Part shown: positions 61,996-64,000 of the stretch, in pieces
How the letters are laid out: each line of letters opens with the position of its first letter
How positions within the stretch are numbered: position 1 is the first letter of the stretch
Source of the DNA: Betaproteobacteria bacterium
Lineage (GTDB): Bacteria; Pseudomonadota; Gammaproteobacteria; Burkholderiales; SG8-41
Direction: 5' to 3'
DNA: 64,000 nt
Assembly: GCA_016202605.1 (NCBI GenBank)
Contig: JACQOJ010000065.1
Location: 19,907 to 83,906, forward strand
Made by a program: the position numbers and the translations under genes
The notes under the pieces: model-generated
Told to the model about the DNA's origin: nothing
The model's database searches: none
What the model saw: the letters and a program-made list of their open reading frames with translations, nothing else

Positions 61996-64000
61996 TCAGG
62001 AACCGGGAACGCGACGATCTTCCGGCCGCGCGGGCTGGCCATCCTGTCGAACGTAGCCCCCAATACTTCGCCGCAGCACATCCAACGGGTTAGAGCCGAT
62101 ACGCGATACTCCGTTCAATTCCAGCTGCAGGAAGATCGAGGTCGACGCCTGCTGGGTGGCCGTTGCGAAGCGGTGTCCCACGACCCGGAAAACCCAGCAG
62201 CCGCCGTTGTACTCGAAGCCGGCAAGGGCCTCAAGCGTCCGATCATCCAGCAAGGAAAAATTCCAGCGCGCAAGGGCCGTCCACTGGCTCGTGAGCGGCC
62301 ACTGGGTGGAAATGTCGGTTTGTCGCACCGAATTGATCGTGTTGCGGTATGCCAGATTGAGCACTTTGCCCGCCTGTGGCTGGTAGCGCGCGGCCGCGTT
62401 GAATTTCTGGGTTTGCGACAGATCGGTGTTGTACTGCCAGCCGACTTCCGCGGTCCAGTGCGGCGCCACCGTGCCGCTGAGCGCGGCGAGCATGTCAGAG
62501 GTCGAGCTCTGGCTGGAGCGCGGCGGCACGCCTGGAACAGTCACCCTTTGCGACTGAAAGTAGTAACGCTGTGCCACCGCGACCCGCAGTCGTTCGCTGC
62601 CGGTATCGGCGTTGATCAGGCGCGAGGTCACGCCCAGCGTGACCTGGTTGGCGTCATTGATGCGGTCGTGACCGCTGAACTGGTTCTCCGCGAAAATCGT
62701 CGCCAGATTGACATCCTGCACCCCGCTGTCGAAATTGGGAATCCGGCTCTGGTCGCGAAATGGCACGTAAACGTAATAGAGTTTGGGTTCCAGCGTCTGG
62801 ATCAGACGCTCTCCGGTGAAGTCCGTGCCGCGTTCCAGGGCCAGCCCGGTTTCCGCACTGAAAATGGGCAGTGCGCGTGTCGAATCGGGAAGCGTCGTGG
62901 TGCTCTTGTCGAGCACGTAGTGCGTGAAGTGCGCGCCGATCTTGGGCGTAAAGTGCGCGAATGCGGTCTGCAGCGGCATGGACAGGCTGGGGTAGGCCAC
63001 GAAGCGCCTGCCGTTGACGAGCGTGGGATGATCGAATTCGATGAGGCTGCCGAGCAAGTCGAAGTCGCTGTGAAAAACGTCCTGGTTGTGGGCGGTCAGC
63101 GTGAGCTGAGGCTGCCGGTTATATGGCGGCGTGATGGGCGCGAGCAGGTCGGGCTGCAGTGTCTGCCAGCGCTGAACCTGCGCGGCAAAGCCGTAGACGC
63201 CGCCGCGCCCCCAGGTCCCCACGCGCGCGAGCGTGCCCTCGCGCGGCAGCAGCGCCTGGGAGGTCAGGTTGATCTGGGTCGAAAGGTCGGTGAAATAAGT
63301 GCCGTCCGAGACTTTCTGGAGATTGAGCGCGCCTAACCAGTCGTATGGCAGAGTCTGCCGGTGCTGGAGGGACATGGCGTAGCGAGTCGCATCGTCCTTC
63401 TGGCGGTCATTGGGAAGCACCTCGAGGCGGGCCTCGCCGCTGTAGGCGGGTTCGAGGTAGCGGAACTCGTTGTTGACGAGCACGCCGCGCTTGGTGAGCA
63501 GGCGCGGCGAGATCGTCGCGTCACGGTTCGGCGCAATGTTCCAGTAATAGGGCACGGTGATCTCGGTTCCGCTCTTGCTCGAACTGCCGTAGTGCGGCGT
63601 CAGAAAACCGGACTTGCGCTGCTGGTGCAGCGAAAACGACAGGTACGGCGAGTAGAAGATCGTCTGTCCCAGGAAGACGATGCTGGCATCGCGCGCGACC
63701 CCCACATCACGATTCTTGTCGATGTGCAGGTCGGCGCTGCGGATGAACCAGTCGTCATTGCCCGGCTCGCACGTCGTATATTCCGCCTTCTCGGCACGGT
63801 ACTGCCGCGTGCCCTCGAACAGGAGCCGCTCCGCCCGCCCGCGGGCATCAACGTCCGTGAACCGTGGTTTGCCGGGAGTCGGCGCGGCCGTGGCCGGAAC
63901 CGGTGTCAGGGTGTAACGCGGCTTTTCCATGAAGCCACGGTCGGTGTCGAGGTTGTAGCGCAGCCGCTCGCCCTCGACGATGTCGCCGCGCTGCTCGATA
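61996..64000 (-). CDS. lptD: LPS-assembly outer-membrane protein LptD (5' end lies outside the window)
   Basis: The frame remains open upstream of the ATG at 63930 to the window edge (..IEQRGDIVEGERLRYNLDTDRGFMEKPRYTL..). A beta-barrel-type sequence follows. This is the conserved lptD-surA-pdxA-rsmA order. Confidence 0.92.
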   Translation of the reverse strand, partial: IEQRGDIVEGERLRYNLDTDRGFMEKPRYTLTPVPATAAPTPGKPRFTDVDARGRAERLLFEGTRQYRAEKAEYTTCEPGNDDWFIRSADLHIDKNRDVGVARDASIVFLGQTIFYSPYLSFSLHQQRKSGFLTPHYGSSSKSGTEITVPYYWNIAPNRDATISPRLLTKRGVLVNNEFRYLEPAYSGEARLEVLPNDRQKDDATRYAMSLQHRQTLPYDWLGALNLQKVSDGTYFTDLSTQINLTSQALLPREGTLARVGTWGRGGVYGFAAQVQRWQTLQPDLLAPITPPYNRQPQLTLTAHNQDVFHSDFDLLGSLIEFDHPTLVNGRRFVAYPSLSMPLQTAFAHFTPKIGAHFTHYVLDKSTTTLPDSTRALPIFSAETGLALERGTDFTGERLIQTLEPKLYYVYVPFRDQSRIPNFDSGVQDVNLATIFAENQFSGHDRINDANQVTLGVTSRLINADTGSERLRVAVAQRYYFQSQRVTVPGVPPRSSQSSTSDMLAALSGTVAPHWTAEVGWQYNTDLSQTQKFNAAARYQPQAGKVLNLAYRNTINSVRQTDISTQWPLTSQWTALARWNFSLLDDRTLEALAGFEYNGGCWVFRVVGHRFATATQQASTSIFLQLELNGVSRIGSNPLDVLRRSIGGYVRQDGQPARPEDRRVPGS

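Overview
GC-rich chromosomal segment with origin-proximal housekeeping synteny typical of a beta-proteobacterium; the lineage is an inference from gene order only. The order is topB> <gyrB <dnaN <dnaA | rpmH> rnpA> yidC> mnmE> mnmG> rsmG> parA> parB> atpIBEFHAGDC> glpD> glmU> glmS>. A long minus-strand block follows: <dsbA <dsbA <SPOR <argS <priA <hemE <gltD <gltB <dgt <aroB <aroK <pilQPONM, with divergent mrcA>. The tail is mixed: hemB, engB, cytochrome c4, hemL, thiE/thiD, rubredoxin-gloA, rsmA-pdxA-surA-lptD. About 56 protein genes are packed tightly, many with 4-bp start/stop overlaps. I found no rRNA, tRNA, CRISPR array, transposase, integrase or phage gene. I do not see a novel multi-gene system: nearly every ORF is a recognisable core gene. 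What deserves a second look is mostly non-coding. (1) A terminator-capped, four-hairpin small-RNA candidate with C/U-rich loops lies between hemB and engB. (2) A cluster of DnaA boxes lies upstream of priA. (3) A perfect 16-bp parS-type palindrome lies between mnmE and mnmG. (4) No obvious oriC flanks dnaA. (5) An inverted array of 8-nt repeats sits in an unusually long atpD-atpC spacer. (6) The conserved N-terminus of pdxA has no canonical start codon. (7) There are tandem DsbA paralogues and one orphan Pol-beta-type nucleotidyltransferase-like protein. Many ORF-track entries are N-terminally over-extended or are antisense shadow ORFs typical of GC-rich DNA. Start coordinates were re-picked where conserved N-termini made that possible.
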